Part shown: piece by piece, positions 11,755 to 25,161 of the stretch
Numbering within the stretch: the stretch's first letter is position 1
How the letters are laid out: every line of letters starts with the position of its first letter
Origin: Basidiobolus meristosporus CBS 931.73
Taxonomy: Eukaryota; Fungi; Basidiobolomycota
Length of the DNA stretch: 60,594 nucleotides
NCBI GenBank assembly: GCA_002104905.1
Contig: MCFE01000539.1
Span: 1 to 60,594 of the forward strand
Direction: 5' to 3'
Translations under genes and position numbers: made by a program
The notes under the pieces: generated by a model
The model's database searches: none
Told to the model about the DNA's origin: nothing
The model's input: only the letters and a program-made list of their open reading frames with translations

Positions 11755-13074
11755 TCACATCGCAGATAGAGTGCGAGCTATCTGCATTTCTTCGTCAGTC
11801 TGGATGACAAGAATACGCACTTTTCCTCCGCCAATATCGGCCACCGTCTCCCCATTGTGGAATCTCTCCTCCACCTCTCGGTTTTTCGACTTCTCTAGCC
11901 GGATTCCCATGGACTCAAGGTCTGCGCATATCCCCTCCCGGACTTCCTGGGACTTTTCCCCCACCCCACCGCACAGGAGAATGGCATCCACGCCATTCAA
12001 TGCAGCAAAATAGGCGCCGATGTATTTCTTCGCCCTGTAGACGTACATCTCCAACGCCAACCTCGCTCGGTCCGACTTTTTCCCGTCTCCCTGGGCGCGC
12101 AACTGAAGAATTTCCCGGATATCACTAGTGCCGGCCACCCCTTTTAACCCACTTTGATGGTTCAGAATGTACTCCGCCTTGGTTAGATGGAACCTCTCCC
12201 CTTCAATACCTGGCGCCTCGTTGGTCATTTCTTCTTTGTGTGCCAAGTGGAAAACCACCGATGGATCCATATCACCTGATCTCGTTCCCATCATTAGCCC
12301 TAGATCGTGGGATGGTGTTAGTAGGTGCTGGTTAGAGTCTAGTAGTCGGCAAATCATGGCTATACCTTCTAACGGAGTCATTCCCATGGAGGTATCAAGA
12401 CTTTGGCCATGTCTAATGGCACAGATGGATGCACCGCTACCAAGATGCAATGCCACGAATTTGAAATCCTCGGGCTTTCCTTTAAGGTAGTCAGAGGCGG
12501 CGTTGGTGATGTATTCATAGGAAAGGCCGTGGAAGCCGTATTTACGGATGTGCTTCTTCTCTGTCGTCTCATAGGGAATCGCGTAAGTATATACATGTGG
12601 TGGAAGGGACCTGTGGAACATGGTATCGAAGCAGGCCACGTTTTTGGCGTGGGGCATGATCTTTAGACAATGTCGGATCACTTGGACACTACTATGGTTA
12701 TGCAGCGGGGCCAGCTCGGTCAGCTCATCGATCTGCCTGAGGGACTTGGAGTCGATTACCAGAGGTTTGGATTGCTCTCCGCCGTGCACTACACGGTGTC
12801 CTATCAGGACTATATCCTCTTTCCGTTTGACAACCTTCGGCTCTTGGTCTGGATCGACCAAATGATCGATAAGCTCATTGATGGCGAGCTTATGGTCGGT
12901 GACGTCGACGTTTTTGTTGGATTCGCGGCCGTCTACCACGCACGAGATGGTGGATTTTGTGTCGCTTCCTATGTCTTGAACATTCCCTTTGGCCAATACG
13001 TTCAATGTGGATTTTTCCAGCAGTTTGTACTTCAGGCTCGAGCTTCCCGCGTTCAATACTAGGACCAAGGACAT
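11755..13074 (-). CDS. ackA: Acetate kinase, one 66-nt intron (12300-12365), about 417 aa
   Basis: LVLNAGSSSLKY, GHRVVHGG, APLHN, FDTMFH, KYGFHGLSYEY, LHLGSGASICA and TDEEMQIA. Removing the GTATAG...TACTAAC...CTAG intron restores TSMGMTPLEGLMMGTRSGD. Confidence 0.95.
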   Translation of the reverse strand: MSLVLVLNAGSSSLKYKLLEKSTLNVLAKGNVQDIGSDTKSTISCVVDGRESNKNVDVTDHKLAINELIDHLVDPDQEPKVVKRKEDIVLIGHRVVHGGEQSKPLVIDSKSLRQIDELTELAPLHNHSSVQVIRHCLKIMPHAKNVACFDTMFHRSLPPHVYTYAIPYETTEKKHIRKYGFHGLSYEYITNAASDYLKGKPEDFKFVALHLGSGASICAIRHGQSLDTSMGMTPLEGIAMICRLLDSNQHLLTPSHDLGLMMGTRSGDMDPSVVFHLAHKEEMTNEAPGIEGERFHLTKAEYILNHQSGLKGVAGTSDIREILQLRAQGDGKKSDRARLALEMYVYRAKKYIGAYFAALNGVDAILLCGGVGEKSQEVREGICADLESMGIRLEKSKNREVEERFHNGETVADIGGGKVRILVIQTDEEMQIARTLSAM

Positions 13075-13342
13075 CTTTGGATATTACCCGTCGCCAATTC
13101 ATCCAGACCCCTTTTATACGGGTGATGACTTCATCATCGTCATAGTCCGACTGAATCACACTCTATGGAGTGAAGTCATCTGCATTACTACGTCACTTCA
13201 TGTCGTTGGGATTTCTAGTTCTGGCCAGGTGGGAGTATCGACTGATCCATTAAACAGTGTTTATTCGATGATATGAGGCATTAACATTTGCAAGTAATCA
13301 ATACTGCGACAGACACATACACAAATATATATTCCATGCAAC

Positions 13343-13903
13343 TTAGGTCATGAGGAGATTTGGGTTGGTGGTGACCACACGAGTGGGGGGTGGTAGTGCT
13401 GATGTACGAAAGATCTCGGGTCTGAGGCCGGGCCGAAAGATATGTCGACTCGGATACTTTTCCATGTAGCTTGGCTGGTGGTGGCCTTTCAACGGGCTGT
13501 AGCGGTCACCGAATATCTCGTAGAACAGTTGAATCCATGTGTTTGCGGTTGGCAAAGAGATGGTACTCTTCTTGGATTCCTCAATGTTGATTGTGATATG
13601 CTCGCGGTCGGTTATTGCACTATCCTCGAAAAAGGTGTCGTACAGGTAGGATCTTCGATTCAGTAGAGGTGAAGCCTCGACCGATCGAAGACCAGGTTCC
13701 CACGAACTCTCCCTATTCAAGAACAGTCGTTCGTACTGCACCGTGTGCGTAGAGCTGAAGTTTCGAACCCCGTCAAAGCTCCCTAGTCCAAGGAAGATAA
13801 AGACCTTGATATAAAACGTGACTAGAATCTCCCTTGTCAGTGTCCAGGAGCTCCGAAGGTAATGGAGCGGGCGGAATAAAGATAGCAATGTACGATTACT
13901 CAT
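13343..13903 (-). CDS. Hypothetical protein
   Basis: ATG-initiated 186-codon ORF in host-like sequence; no recognisable domain. Confidence 0.3.
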   Translation of the reverse strand: MSNRTLLSLFRPLHYLRSSWTLTREILVTFYIKVFIFLGLGSFDGVRNFSSTHTVQYERLFLNRESSWEPGLRSVEASPLLNRRSYLYDTFFEDSAITDREHITINIEESKKSTISLPTANTWIQLFYEIFGDRYSPLKGHHQPSYMEKYPSRHIFRPGLRPEIFRTSALPPPTRVVTTNPNLLMT

Positions 13904-14761
13904 TCCAAAGTCAAGCTGGAGAGGAGGGTTCTTGGATGTTCGACCACGCCAAATCAATAGGTCGCAAAAGGTTGGGAAGAAAAGACTCCTAATACAAAAG
14001 GGAGCTACACCTTAAATGTGGTCATGAAGCTATCGCCGGAGATTTATATTCTATCTAGATGTGCATGTTCAATTGAGCTCTGACTTGGTTATGCTCGCCT
14101 CACCCTTGCGAATGCACATCATTATGCTGAAGCATGCACCCGCAGATTCTTTGGTTGATAGAGTTGATGATTATGCCTAGGGATCGCGCTTTCGATTTCA
14201 ATTTTCCTATTTTTGCTCAGATTGTCATCCGGATTGCAGAATACTGTGGCTGGTGCAGGAGTATACTACTTACGCTTCACGCTCTTGGATCTAGTGTTGT
14301 GCCAGTATGTGTTGGTACATGCTATCCCAATAATAATCCTCCATTAGCCTACATACCACATACAACGGTGAATGATACTAACCATTTGGCATTGATTAGT
14401 CCGAAAACCTGGTATTGATACTTAGTCCCACAATACCACCTTCTAAGTCGGCATCACTTGTTTTACAAATCCTGTTACCTGTAAACTAACATGGTCGAAG
14501 AATTCACCGAATATAGCCCGAAAAATATACATGCAAATTTCTCAAGGAAATATACCGTGAGTCTTCCGCCAGGTCTTCACTTGAGCCCGCCTCGTCATAT
14601 ATATTCTGACGCCGTGTACTCCCTTGTTTGATCAGCAGCCTTTCCTATCAACCAAGCCAACCAGCTCACATCCAAACTCTACTTTTGACTCTGCTTCCGC
14701 CTCAGTCTACCACTCATTACATCATCCACTCGACCAACAATCACTCCGACCTTGAGCAGTA

Positions 14762-15605
14762 ATGATTCGTGCCACCATCTATATCGCGTTTCTCGTGCTT
14801 CTAGCCGCATGTGCCACTCAAGCCTTCTCGCCTGAACGTCTGACTTGCTTGGTCAATCGTGAGCGAGTTTCCCGTGGCCTGAGACCACTGATCGTAAACA
14901 GGTAATGTATAGCTTCACGCTTTTCTGAGCCGCCGCCACTGCCACATTAGGCCCAGTTCAGCTTCTCCCCTACCTCCACTTGCTCGCCAAGGCTGTTGAT
15001 GATGTGGTTGGGCTGAACTGGTTCGGCTTGATCCGGACTGGCCTTCTCTTGCTTTGACATTCACTAACCCCTCATCTCTCCACCCCTGGCCATCACACTG
15101 CCTCACCTCACTGCCTCTCATCCATCAGGGACCTGAACGAGGATGCACAACACCACTCCGAGAGTCAGGCCAATCGTCATCAGATGACCCACAGCCGCTC
15201 TGATCGACCTGATATGGGGGATGTGGCGAGATCCCGGGGCTACAACTACCGCACTCGTGCCGAGAATGTCGCAGTGGGTGACCAGACTGAAGAGTCAGTC
15301 GTGTACAAGTGGATGCACTCCGAAGGTATGTTTCGCTCACCATCCCCTGCTTACTCTCTTGTCACCCATGGCATGCTTACTAACCAACTCACCTCTCACC
15401 TTTCCCCATTCTTTCATTGTTCATCCGCTCCCACCTCTTCTCCTCGACCCTGTTCCCATGACTAGTACATCGCCGCAACATTCTCACCCCATCGTTCACA
15501 CATGCCGGGTGTGGATTTGACCCCCGAGGTAACTACTGGACCATGGAGTTCCTTGGAATGGACCCCAGCAGAATTGACTACTCCAGAGTTCCCGTTTGTC
15601 CATGA
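14762..15605 (+). CDS. CAP/SCP-domain secreted protein, copy 1 (subfamily a)
   Basis: Exons 14762-14901, 15129-15325, 15466-15605 (158 aa). Signal peptide, CLVNRER, AENVAVG, WMHSEVHRRNIL, YWTMEF. Confidence 0.9.
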
Positions 15606-16312
15606 GAGGTTGGGCATAGCATTATTGATCAATACTCACGAGACTATCTTATTCATATTTAAGCAAAGATAGAAACATACACATAGACATACTTATATAT
15701 ATGTATACATATTCTTCGCTCTATTACGCCAAAACCGTTCTGTTTATCAGAGATCTTCTGTCTTCGAATGAGAATAAATCGAGAATTTCTACTATCCATT
15801 CATGGTCATTTTTTCACTCTCCACCAGTACTTGCCCTAGGAATCAAAGTGAGCCAGTCTCCCCTATCTATTTCTCAGACTTTTATGAGCGACTCTTGTTC
15901 GGTATTCGAAGCAAGATGGTCCTTTTTTTGCCCTTTTAAGAATATCTATGATATGTTCACCCAAGCCCATTTCCGATTTGAATGGATTGGACTCTAACCC
16001 ACTCACTGCGTGTACCAACGTACCTGATTGTTGAATCAGTATTGACAGAACAATCGGCCACCTTTAGAAGCAGGTAATCGTTGCCGATTGCTTTCAATGT
16101 GATTTCAGGCATTAAGCAATGCCGGAGCCCTAAGATAACGCTAGCAATGTGGCTTTACTAACCTGCATGAGATGCGAATCTCTGCTAATGCTTCGATATA
16201 AATGGCTATGATCACTCGTTACTGATAGTCATTCGGCGAAATACACTCTTCTGCGTTTCTAACCCACCCTCTCTCCCACATTCTCTTCTTACTATCACTG
16301 CATCTCGAAGCA

Positions 16313-17046
16313 ATGAGGTTTTTCATTCTCCTCACCAGCCTTGTCGCCTCATCCCTCCTCGCCACTACGGTGTCCGCTTTCTCAGAAGCGCGATTGATCT
16401 GCCTGGTGAATCGGGAGAGGGTATCTCGCGGACTGAACCCACTCATAATGAATAGGTAAGAGGCTACTCGGTTTCTCGGCACTTGGGTGTCATTCCATTC
16501 TCATCGTTCTTCCCCACGCAAAGTGACCTCAACGAGGATGCTCATCACCACTCTGAGAGTCAAGCCAATCGCCGTCAAATGACCCATGCCCGTTCTGATC
16601 GACCAGATATGGGGGATGTTGCGAGATCTCGTGGATACAACTATCAGGACCCGGGCTGAGAATGTCGCTGCTGGCGACAGGACCGAGGAGTCGGTTGTAT
16701 ACAAGTGGATGCACTCGGAAGGTAAGCAGTACTTCAGTCCATTGTAGTATCAGGCCAGCTGTGTATGGTTGAGCCATTCGGTGAGGGGAGAGTGGCAGAG
16801 CTCATTCGTGAGCCTGAGATGGCTCACCACGAGTGGTCTGGCCTGAGCACACAACTCGATGTAGCAGCAGGAAGAATACTCATCGGTGAACCACTTACAT
16901 TGACAGTGCATCGGCGTAACATCCTCACCCCATCCTTCACTCATGCGGGGTCCGGATTCGATCCTCGGGGAAACTACTGGACCATGGAGTTTTTGGGCAT
17001 GGATCCTAGTCGAATCAACTTCGATCAAGTTCCAGTCTGCCCTTGA
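16313..17046 (+). pseudogene. CAP/SCP copy 2 (subfamily b), frameshifted by one extra A at 16646
   Basis: Exons 16313-16455, 16524-16721, 16907-17046. CTATCAGGAC here versus CTATCGGAC in copy 4 gives a premature TGA. Confidence 0.75.
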
Positions 17047-17932
17047 TGTTGCACATCTATTATTAGCCCAATTCTTGTTTCCCTCCTCATCGTGCATAGT
17101 GCGGGCATCCCATTTCCTGATTATCTAATCTAATATTTATGCTCGATCCCATGTTACTCAAATGATCGAATTCAAATCCGAATAAAATGACCATGATGCT
17201 GACACTTCGAAGATTAGAATCGCCACCAGCAGCTCTTCACCTTGGAAGTCGGTGATTTCCAATAAGGGGCACTAGAAGAAAACCTGAAAAACCTGGTTCA
17301 TGTTAGCCACTTTTGTATTAGAGAGTGGAATGTTCCATCAAGAGCTGATCATTCACTAATATGGCTAAAGTGGATCTGGGACTTGCGGTGAAAATGATCG
17401 TCTTTTATGCAATCAATGCTATAATGATGGTAGTTGTTGATATTTGTACCAACGGGAAGTAGGAGATTGGCCCATTTGTCAAGTTGATCCTTTACTTTGC
17501 TGATGCAAAGTGGTGCACCCAGTAGTCGAGATCGATGCGTTGTTCAGTTACCTTGTGCAGTGGGACGCTTTATCGTTCTTGTATGCGGATGGAAAAGAAG
17601 GTTGCATATGGTCTCTGGTGTTGATTAAATGGGTCATTGCTTTTATTCTACGGTACATCAGCATGGCCAAAATTCACCGTCAAAAAGCCCGAAAAATATA
17701 CATGCAAATTTCTCAAGGAAATATACCGCGAGTCTTCCGCCAGGTCTTCACTTGAGCCCGCCTCGTCATATATATTCTGACGCCGCGTACTCCCTTGTTT
17801 GATCAGCAGCCTTTCCTATCAACCAAGCCAATCAGCTCACATCCAAACTCTACTTTTGACTCTGCTTCCGCCTCAGTCTACCACTCATTACATCATCCAC
17901 TCGACCAACAATCACTCCGACCTTGAGCAGTA

Positions 17933-18776
17933 ATGATTCGTGCCACCATCTATATCGCGTTTCTCGTGCTTCTAGCCGCATGTGCCACTCAAGCCTTCTC
18001 GCCTGAACGTCTGACTTGCTTGGTCAATCGTGAGCGAGTTTCCCGTGGCCTGAGACCACTGATCGTAAACAGGTAATGTATAGCTTCACGCTTTTCTGAG
18101 CCGCCGCCACTGCCACATTAGACCCAGTTCAGCTTCTCCCCTACCTCCACTTGCTCGCCAAGGCTGTTGATGATGTGGTTGGGCTGAACTGGTTCGGCTT
18201 GATCCGGACTGGTCTTCTTTTGCTTTGACATTCACTAACCCCTCATCTCTCCACCCCTGGCCATCACTCTGCCTCACCTCACTGCCTCTCATCCATCAGG
18301 GACCTGAACGAGGATGCACAACACCACTCCGAGAGTCAGGCCAATCGTCATCAGATGACCCACAGCCGCTCTGATCGACCTGATATGGGGGATGTGGCGA
18401 GATCCCGGGGCTACAACTACCGCACTCGTGCCGAGAATGTCGCAGTGGGTGACCAGACTGAAGAGTCAGTCGTGTACAAGTGGATGCACTCCGAAGGTAT
18501 GTTTCGCTCACCATCCCCTGCTTACTCTCTTGTCACCCATGGCATGCTTACTAACCAACTCACCTCTCTCCATTCCCCATTCTTTCATTGTTCATCCTCT
18601 CCCCCCTCTTCTCCTCGACCCTGTTCCCATGACTAGTACATCGCCGCAACATTCTCACCCCATCGTTCACACATGCCGGGTGTGGATTTGACCCCCGAGG
18701 TAACTACTGGACCATGGAGTTCCTTGGAATGGACCCCAGCAGAATTGACTACTCCAGAGTTCCTGTCTGCCCATAA
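17933..18776 (+). CDS. CAP/SCP copy 3 (near-identical to copy 1)
   Basis: Exons 17933-18072, 18300-18496, 18637-18776; offset 3171 nt from copy 1. Confidence 0.9.
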
Positions 18777-19388
18777 GTAATTGAAGAATTAGATTATCTT
18801 TGTCATATTTAAGCTTATATCTATATCGATGCATACTCTTCACTTTATCTATAAAGCAATTTGACAAGAGAATTTGTTAGAGCTCTTGTACATACCAACC
18901 ACTTCGGATCTTTCATAGAATAAACTATTCCAAAACGGTTTACGCACACATCATACACTCGTTATGTGGGATAGATTCAAAAGCAGAAGTTGACAGAAAA
19001 TACATTAGGTGCCTTTACCCAACATACGCACTTTCATATTGATACATCCGACTGGAATCAAGTAGATTCAACTTTGCGCGTATACTGCACTCTACCAACT
19101 GCTGGTGTTCGTTCATTATTGTGAATGACTTGCAGGTCTGCAGTGAACTGGATGATCTGTTCGATTGTTTAGGCGCTGATCTCAGGCAGCCCAAGATCTG
19201 ACCGCTTTAGCAGTGCCAACAGATGTGGCTTCTTTGGCCTGCATAAGATGCGAACCTCTGCTAATGCTTCGATATAAATGGCTATGATCACTCGTTACTG
19301 ATAATCATTCTGTGAAACACACTCTTCTGCGTTTCTAACCCACCCTCTCTCCCACATTCTCTTCTTACTATCACTGCATCTCGAAGCA

Positions 19389-20121
19389 ATGAGGTTTTTC
19401 ATTCTCCTCACCAGCCTTGTCGCCTCATCCCTCCTCGCCACTACGGTGTCCGCTTTCTCAGAAGCGCGATTGATCTGCCTGGTGAATCGGGAGAGGGTAT
19501 CTCGCGGACTGAACCCACTCATAATGAATAGGTAAGAGGCTACTTTGTTTCTCGGCACTTGGGTGTCATTCCATTCTCATCGTTCTTCCCCACGCAAAGT
19601 GACCTCAACGAGGATGCCCATCACCACTCTGAGAGTCAAGCCAATCGCCGTCAAATGACCCATGCCCGTTCCGATCGACCAGATATGGGGGATGTTGCGA
19701 GATCTCGTGGATACAACTATCGGACCCGGGCTGAGAATGTCGCTGCTGGCGACAGGACCGAGGAGTCGGTTGTATACAAGTGGATGCACTCGGAAGGTAA
19801 GCAGTACTTCAGTCCATTGTAGTGTCAGGCCAGCTGTGTATGGATGAGCTGTTCGGTGAGGGGAGAGTGGCAGAGCTCATTCGTGAGCCTGAGATGGCTC
19901 ACCACGAGTGGTCTGGCCTGAGCACACAACTCGATGTAGCAGCAGGAAGAATACTCATCGGTGAACCACTTACATTGACAGTGCATCGGCGTAACATCCT
20001 CACCCCATCCTTCACTCATGCGGGGTCCGGATTCGATCCTCGGGGAAACTACTGGACCATGGAGTTTTTGGGCATGGATCCTAGCCGAATCAACTTCGAT
20101 CAAGTTCCAGTCTGCCCTTGA
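19389..20121 (+). CDS. CAP/SCP copy 4 (subfamily b, intact)
   Basis: Exons 19389-19531, 19600-19796, 19982-20121 (159 aa). Confidence 0.9.
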
Positions 20122-20695
20122 TGTTGCGCGCCCTATTGTTATTTCCCATCATTCATATCTTTCCCTCTGCGGCAAAGATCTTTCATCAATTATTTATCAG
20201 TGCCTCATTTAATAGACTCGATGAGATATATTAGAGTTCAATAAATATATATTCTGCAATCTCTATACTCAACTGAACCCATGCTATACACATATACACC
20301 ACATACACTATGGTCCAACTTTGATGCCTCTGAGGTCAGTGTTATGCAGAATTCGCTGCCGAGTCTGTTGCCCACTATTTCTGGCCTCATGCCAAACAAT
20401 TCGATCGGTGCAGAATTCAACCGACCCTGCTGGCCGTCCTTTTGTTCTCAGATCCGTTTACTCTCCGACACTTGACATGCACCGTAGCTCTGCATTTGAT
20501 ATACCAGACTTGGCCTTGTTCCAATAGATCCCTCACGACGGAAGTAATTCTTGATCCGTAGATGGGCCTCTTCGCGGAGCGGCCCTAATAGATATAAGAG
20601 CCCAGTCATCTCTCTGATCCACATCAACCTTTCTCACTGCTTTTCTATCATCGATAGATCTAGCCCCGCAAACCACTCACAAAAACATCTCAAGC

Positions 20696-21436
20696 ATGCA
20701 GCTCTCCCTGATACACACCATCCTCCTGGTCATCCTTGCTTCGTGGACTGCACAGGCATTCTCAGTTGAGCGACTGGTCTGCCTGGTCAACCAGGAGCGG
20801 GTCTCGCGTGGATTGAAGCCTTTGATAGTGAATGCGTAAGTCACTTTCTGCCCCCCTGATCAGTTGCTCCTCTTCTTTGGCTTGTCTCTATAATGCCACG
20901 CTTGGCCTTGAGCAGTTTGGCGCAGTTGTTCGGATTGGATACTGACAGACACTGAATTGAACTGACTACAGGGATCTGAACGAGGATGCGCAATACCACT
21001 CCCAGAGCCAAGCCAACCGTCGCCAGATGACCCACAATCGTTCGGATCGGCCAGATATGGGGGATGTAGCAAGATCCAGGGGCTACAACTATCGTTCACG
21101 CGCGGAGAATGTCGCGGTAGGGGACCAGACAGAAGAGTCGGTGGTCTACAAATGGATGCACTCCGATGGTAAGTTGTGTTTCGTAAGGGATTATCCGGTG
21201 GAGTTGGGCCAGTTGGTGGGTCATGGAATGGCTCGACCCCACGGTGGGAACATATTCGCTAACCATCCCATTTTGATTCTGCCTCATGTGCACCAGTTCA
21301 TCGACGAAACATCCTCACCCCATCCTTCACCCACACTGGAGCCGGGTTTGACCCCAGAGGGAACTACTGGACCATGGAGTTCTTGGGGATGGACCAGAAC
21401 CGCATTGACTACACCCGGGTTCCGGTCTGTCCATAA
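20696..21436 (+). CDS. CAP/SCP copy 5 (subfamily c)
   Basis: Exons 20696-20835, 20972-21168, 21297-21436; same intron positions as the other copies. Confidence 0.9.
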
Positions 21437-22380
21437 GACCATTTTGCCAACCATAGTAACCACAATCGCTAGTATTTAATCGAATTAGATGGCCCAATCA
21501 ACGCATAGAGAAGTGATGCTATTTAATGGTTATTTTATTCCCCTTCCCCCCTTCCCACCATCCCTTGCCAATATATTATTGAGTTATTAAGTAGATTAAA
21601 CCATGTCAAACTAGAAATGTTGAAATGTTATCATTAATGTGGCTACGGATCAATGATTGTGTATAGTCTTCCCATGGTAGCTGTGGTGATGCTTGATACA
21701 ATGGTGCTAAGTGCTCATGCGATGATCAGGTCTATACGTAATCTTTGGTCCTTTGAGACAGCAGGCCCGGCGATTATCCATGGAGAGGTGGGCGACTATA
21801 GTGTCATGTTGTGGTTAGGAATGGGCATCAGTGAAATTGAGTTTGGATTAAGCAATATTTCTTGCAATCGCACTGAGCATCGTCCTCATCGTGCCTTGCT
21901 TGCTTAGACACAAAAAATGTTCTAGGTCGCTGGTAGTCTAGCATATGGCGCAATTACTTTCATGTTGACCTGATTTATGGTCTTGGATGCGGCCCAAATA
22001 TGAGGCTGTGTATTGTTTGGTATCCCCTACATTGCCGACCTTATGTACTTCTGTCCCACTTGGTAATACTAAAGACATAACTAGGTGGGGACAATTTAAG
22101 AAATATGTATGTAATGCTGGACACTATACACAACTTTGAAACTTTACTTTTTACAATTGGTATCATTGAGCAAACTTTGAATGAACAACTCTACACCAAG
22201 ATCCACGTTTCAGCATTAATATGCATGCCATAACTCAGCACTAATTAGTATACAGGTCTGGCATGAAATCACAGTATTAATGGTAAAGTTTTAACCTGAT
22301 GTTAGATGGAAGCACTGTTGTATGTATATTATGTGAATGTCCTAGCTGATTAGTGCATGCTGTGAAAATATATAGGTATT

Positions 22381-22727
22381 TGTTGTAAGAGTCTTGGAGA
22401 TATCAGAAGTGTTGGGGAGAACCAGTAGATTATGTGGTTTCACTTGATGATTTATTGAATGTAAAAGTAGTATTTAGACTTTTGCATGGTCTGGGCAAAA
22501 CAAACATGTGAAATATGCTTAGGAAGATCCTAAGAACATGTGTGCAGAGTTTGGGGCTGTTTGGACAACTTTGAGAAAACTCACGTTCTGTGCACCTGAT
22601 ATTTTGGTGTAAATATTTCAAGTAAATCCCAACAAGGGATTTGGTAAGAATTCTCTAAGATTTGAAGGTAATGATCTAAGTGACTAAGTTAGGTGAATAT
22701 TTAGGTGTGATTACGAAACTCACAACA
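22381..22727 (-). mobile_element. Solo LTR, Copia-2 family
   Basis: TGTTGTAAGAGTC...CACAACA, 347 bp, colinear with the reverse complement of 50143-50491. No clean TSD (GTATT versus TTGAG). Confidence 0.85.
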
Positions 22728-23217
22728 TTGAGAACTGTATCCCTAAGTAGTAACTGAGCTCTCAAGATTGGACATTTCGAACTCCTTCCCTACGAAAAAT
22801 CTCAAACCTGGAATTCATCTGATTTTCAGCTGGCATTCAGCTGGTATTCTGATGGTATTTTGCTAGCCTCCCTTGGTACTCAAGATGTGCCGCAACTTGC
22901 ACACTCTTCTTAGTTTCATGAAACTTGATAATCGTTTTAATGGCCAGGCTAGGGTAGCGGTTGGCGAAAAGGGGTTTTGTCTGGAGTATAAGGAGTGCCA
23001 CTAGTGGTGGAATGTGTATACCCACTCAATGTCACCTCAGTGTTGAGGGTAACTACAGTAATGATGGGACCCCGTCACTTCCGGATTCGCAAGGGATTCA
23101 TAATTGCCCCATGACTCATAGGAAGCCCACGGACATGTCCCTGGCATCCATCAACCTTTGCCACTGCCTCTCCATCATACCTAGATCCATCACGGGCAAT
23201 CCAACCAACGCAAACAT

Positions 23218-23357
23218 CCTTACTGCGAACCAATCTCACCCCATCATTCACCCACACTAGAGCCTGGTTTGACCCCGGAGTGAGCCACTGGACCACCGGG
23301 TTCTTGATGATGGATCAGAGCCGCGTCGACTACTCTCACGTTCCGGTCTGCCCATAG
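23218..23357 (+). pseudogene. CAP/SCP copy 6: decayed exon-3 remnant
   Basis: Reads NLTPSFTHTRAWFDPGVSHWTTGFLMMDQSRVDYSHVPVCP*; no recognisable exons 1-2. Confidence 0.7.
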
Positions 23358-23654
23358 GAACCGTGATTGTTTGGATTGAATCGAATTAGATAAACCCATA
23401 GAGAATAGACGCTCTTTAATCGCTCTTTAATTGGTTACTTTGCACCCCTGATTCCCTTTCCACCACCCCTCATAGCCAGATCAATTGGAAGGGATGTATT
23501 ATTCGGAGTCACCCAGGCGATCACATGGTGTAGGTGTGTACGAGGCTATTAAATGGATGTCTAACCAGAAGTGGTGGTATGTTACAGAAATTGGAATTGG
23601 TGTAGCGAAATTCGTGTGGCTACAGACCGATGGATATTTATGATCTCCCCACGA

Positions 23655-24758
23655 TTAGTGCTTCCCGTGGTGGTTGTGGTGATGCCCACCTCCCATCAAT
23701 TTGTTGGCGACCATGCCTATGGCCATGCCACCAAGTCCACCCGCGATGACCGAGCCAACGCTTCCCAATCCCGATGAGGGTGGTTTTCCTTGCTGGTACT
23801 GCGCCTGGGGAGGGGGTCCACCATAGTACTGGCCTTGGGGAGGCGCCCCGTAGTACTGCCCCTGAGGCGGCTGGCCGTAATATTGTCCCTGGGGAGGCGG
23901 GCCGCCGTAGTAATTTGATTGCGGTTGGGAATTGGCACCATTGGAGGAGAGTTTGGACGAGGCAATCTTCCCCGCGATCCCACCAACCACCGCTCCCATC
24001 ATGGTTGGCTTGCTAAGACCCAAGAACCGATCTTGGTCCCCAGTGGCTTGGTTTCCGACGCCTGGGGTTTGAGGTGTGTTGGCGTCGTTGCTTCCGTATT
24101 GGCCTTTCTCGTAATTTGGCCCGTTGCCGGCGTAGGTGGAAGAGGTGCCGGGGTAGGTAGAGGAGGTGCCGTTGTTTGGCACCCCACCATATTGCTGACT
24201 GTCAAGACTAGGGTTGCTTGAATAATCGGTGGCGGCGGGGAACCCGCCGTAGCTGTTTGGCATATTTCCCTGGTAACCGCCACCGTCACTAGGGGCTGGC
24301 ATACCAAACGACTGATTGTCAGCACCTGGCATGTGCGGTTTCGAGTCGTAACTCGAGTCCGGACCGCTAGGCATGGCAAAACCAAGAGGGGCTTGTCCGG
24401 TGGAGGTCACTTGGTGCGAGTTACTACCGGGATAGGAGCTGTAATCCGGAATAGCTGAGGGCATTGGGGAGTTTTGGGCGTGGCCTCCTTCTGTGGAATA
24501 ATATCTTGGACGTGGATCTTCCCAGGAAGATTCCCCGGTGGCGGTGTCTAAACAGAGAAACCTTCGTTAGTGCTCCTCATAAACGGCTGCCGCTTTTCCA
24601 TTGCCGATACTTACTGACGTAGTATGTGCGGTTGCTTTGTGGGTCGACTTGGCTGATCCTATAAGTGATGGGCGATGAGTGTTCAGATGGGCTTTCCTGT
24701 GCAGTAATAAGCGGAGAGAAGGTACTTACCAGCCTGGAGGTAAAGGTCTACTGTCCAT
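23655..24758 (-). CDS. WW-domain protein with Gly/Tyr/Gln/Pro-rich tail (Wwm1-like), 321 aa
   Basis: Exons 24758-24730, 24658-24615, 24547-23655 splice to MDSRPLPPGWISQVDPQSNRTYYVNTATGESSWEDPR, with GTAAGT donors and AG acceptors. Confidence 0.9.
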
Positions 24759-25161
24759 GATACTTGATTACTGCTTCAAAGGGTAAAGAGTTAACAAAAA
24801 AGAGCGTTGTGTGATGAATAAATACTGCGATGAACGGTGTAATTTATGAACCGAGTTCACTAGGAATGTGACAGCCTCGCGAGTACATTCAGAAATGATG
24901 GGATCACTCAGAACCTGTCGACACGTGACCAACCTTTGCGAACACGTTCTTGGCAGCTGCGTCCTGCCAATGGGAAATCGAGACAGCCCATCTAAAAATA
25001 AGAATCACCTCTCCTATGCTTGTGACTGAATGAATGGCTTAATTTATTTGAGCATGTGGATTAGTCTCATGCATTCTAATAGATATCGAGATTATGATTG
25101 AAGGTTGGCATAAAAGAGGTGATGCGAGAGTCGCTTAAATTAGGCAACAGGGGAAGCGGTT

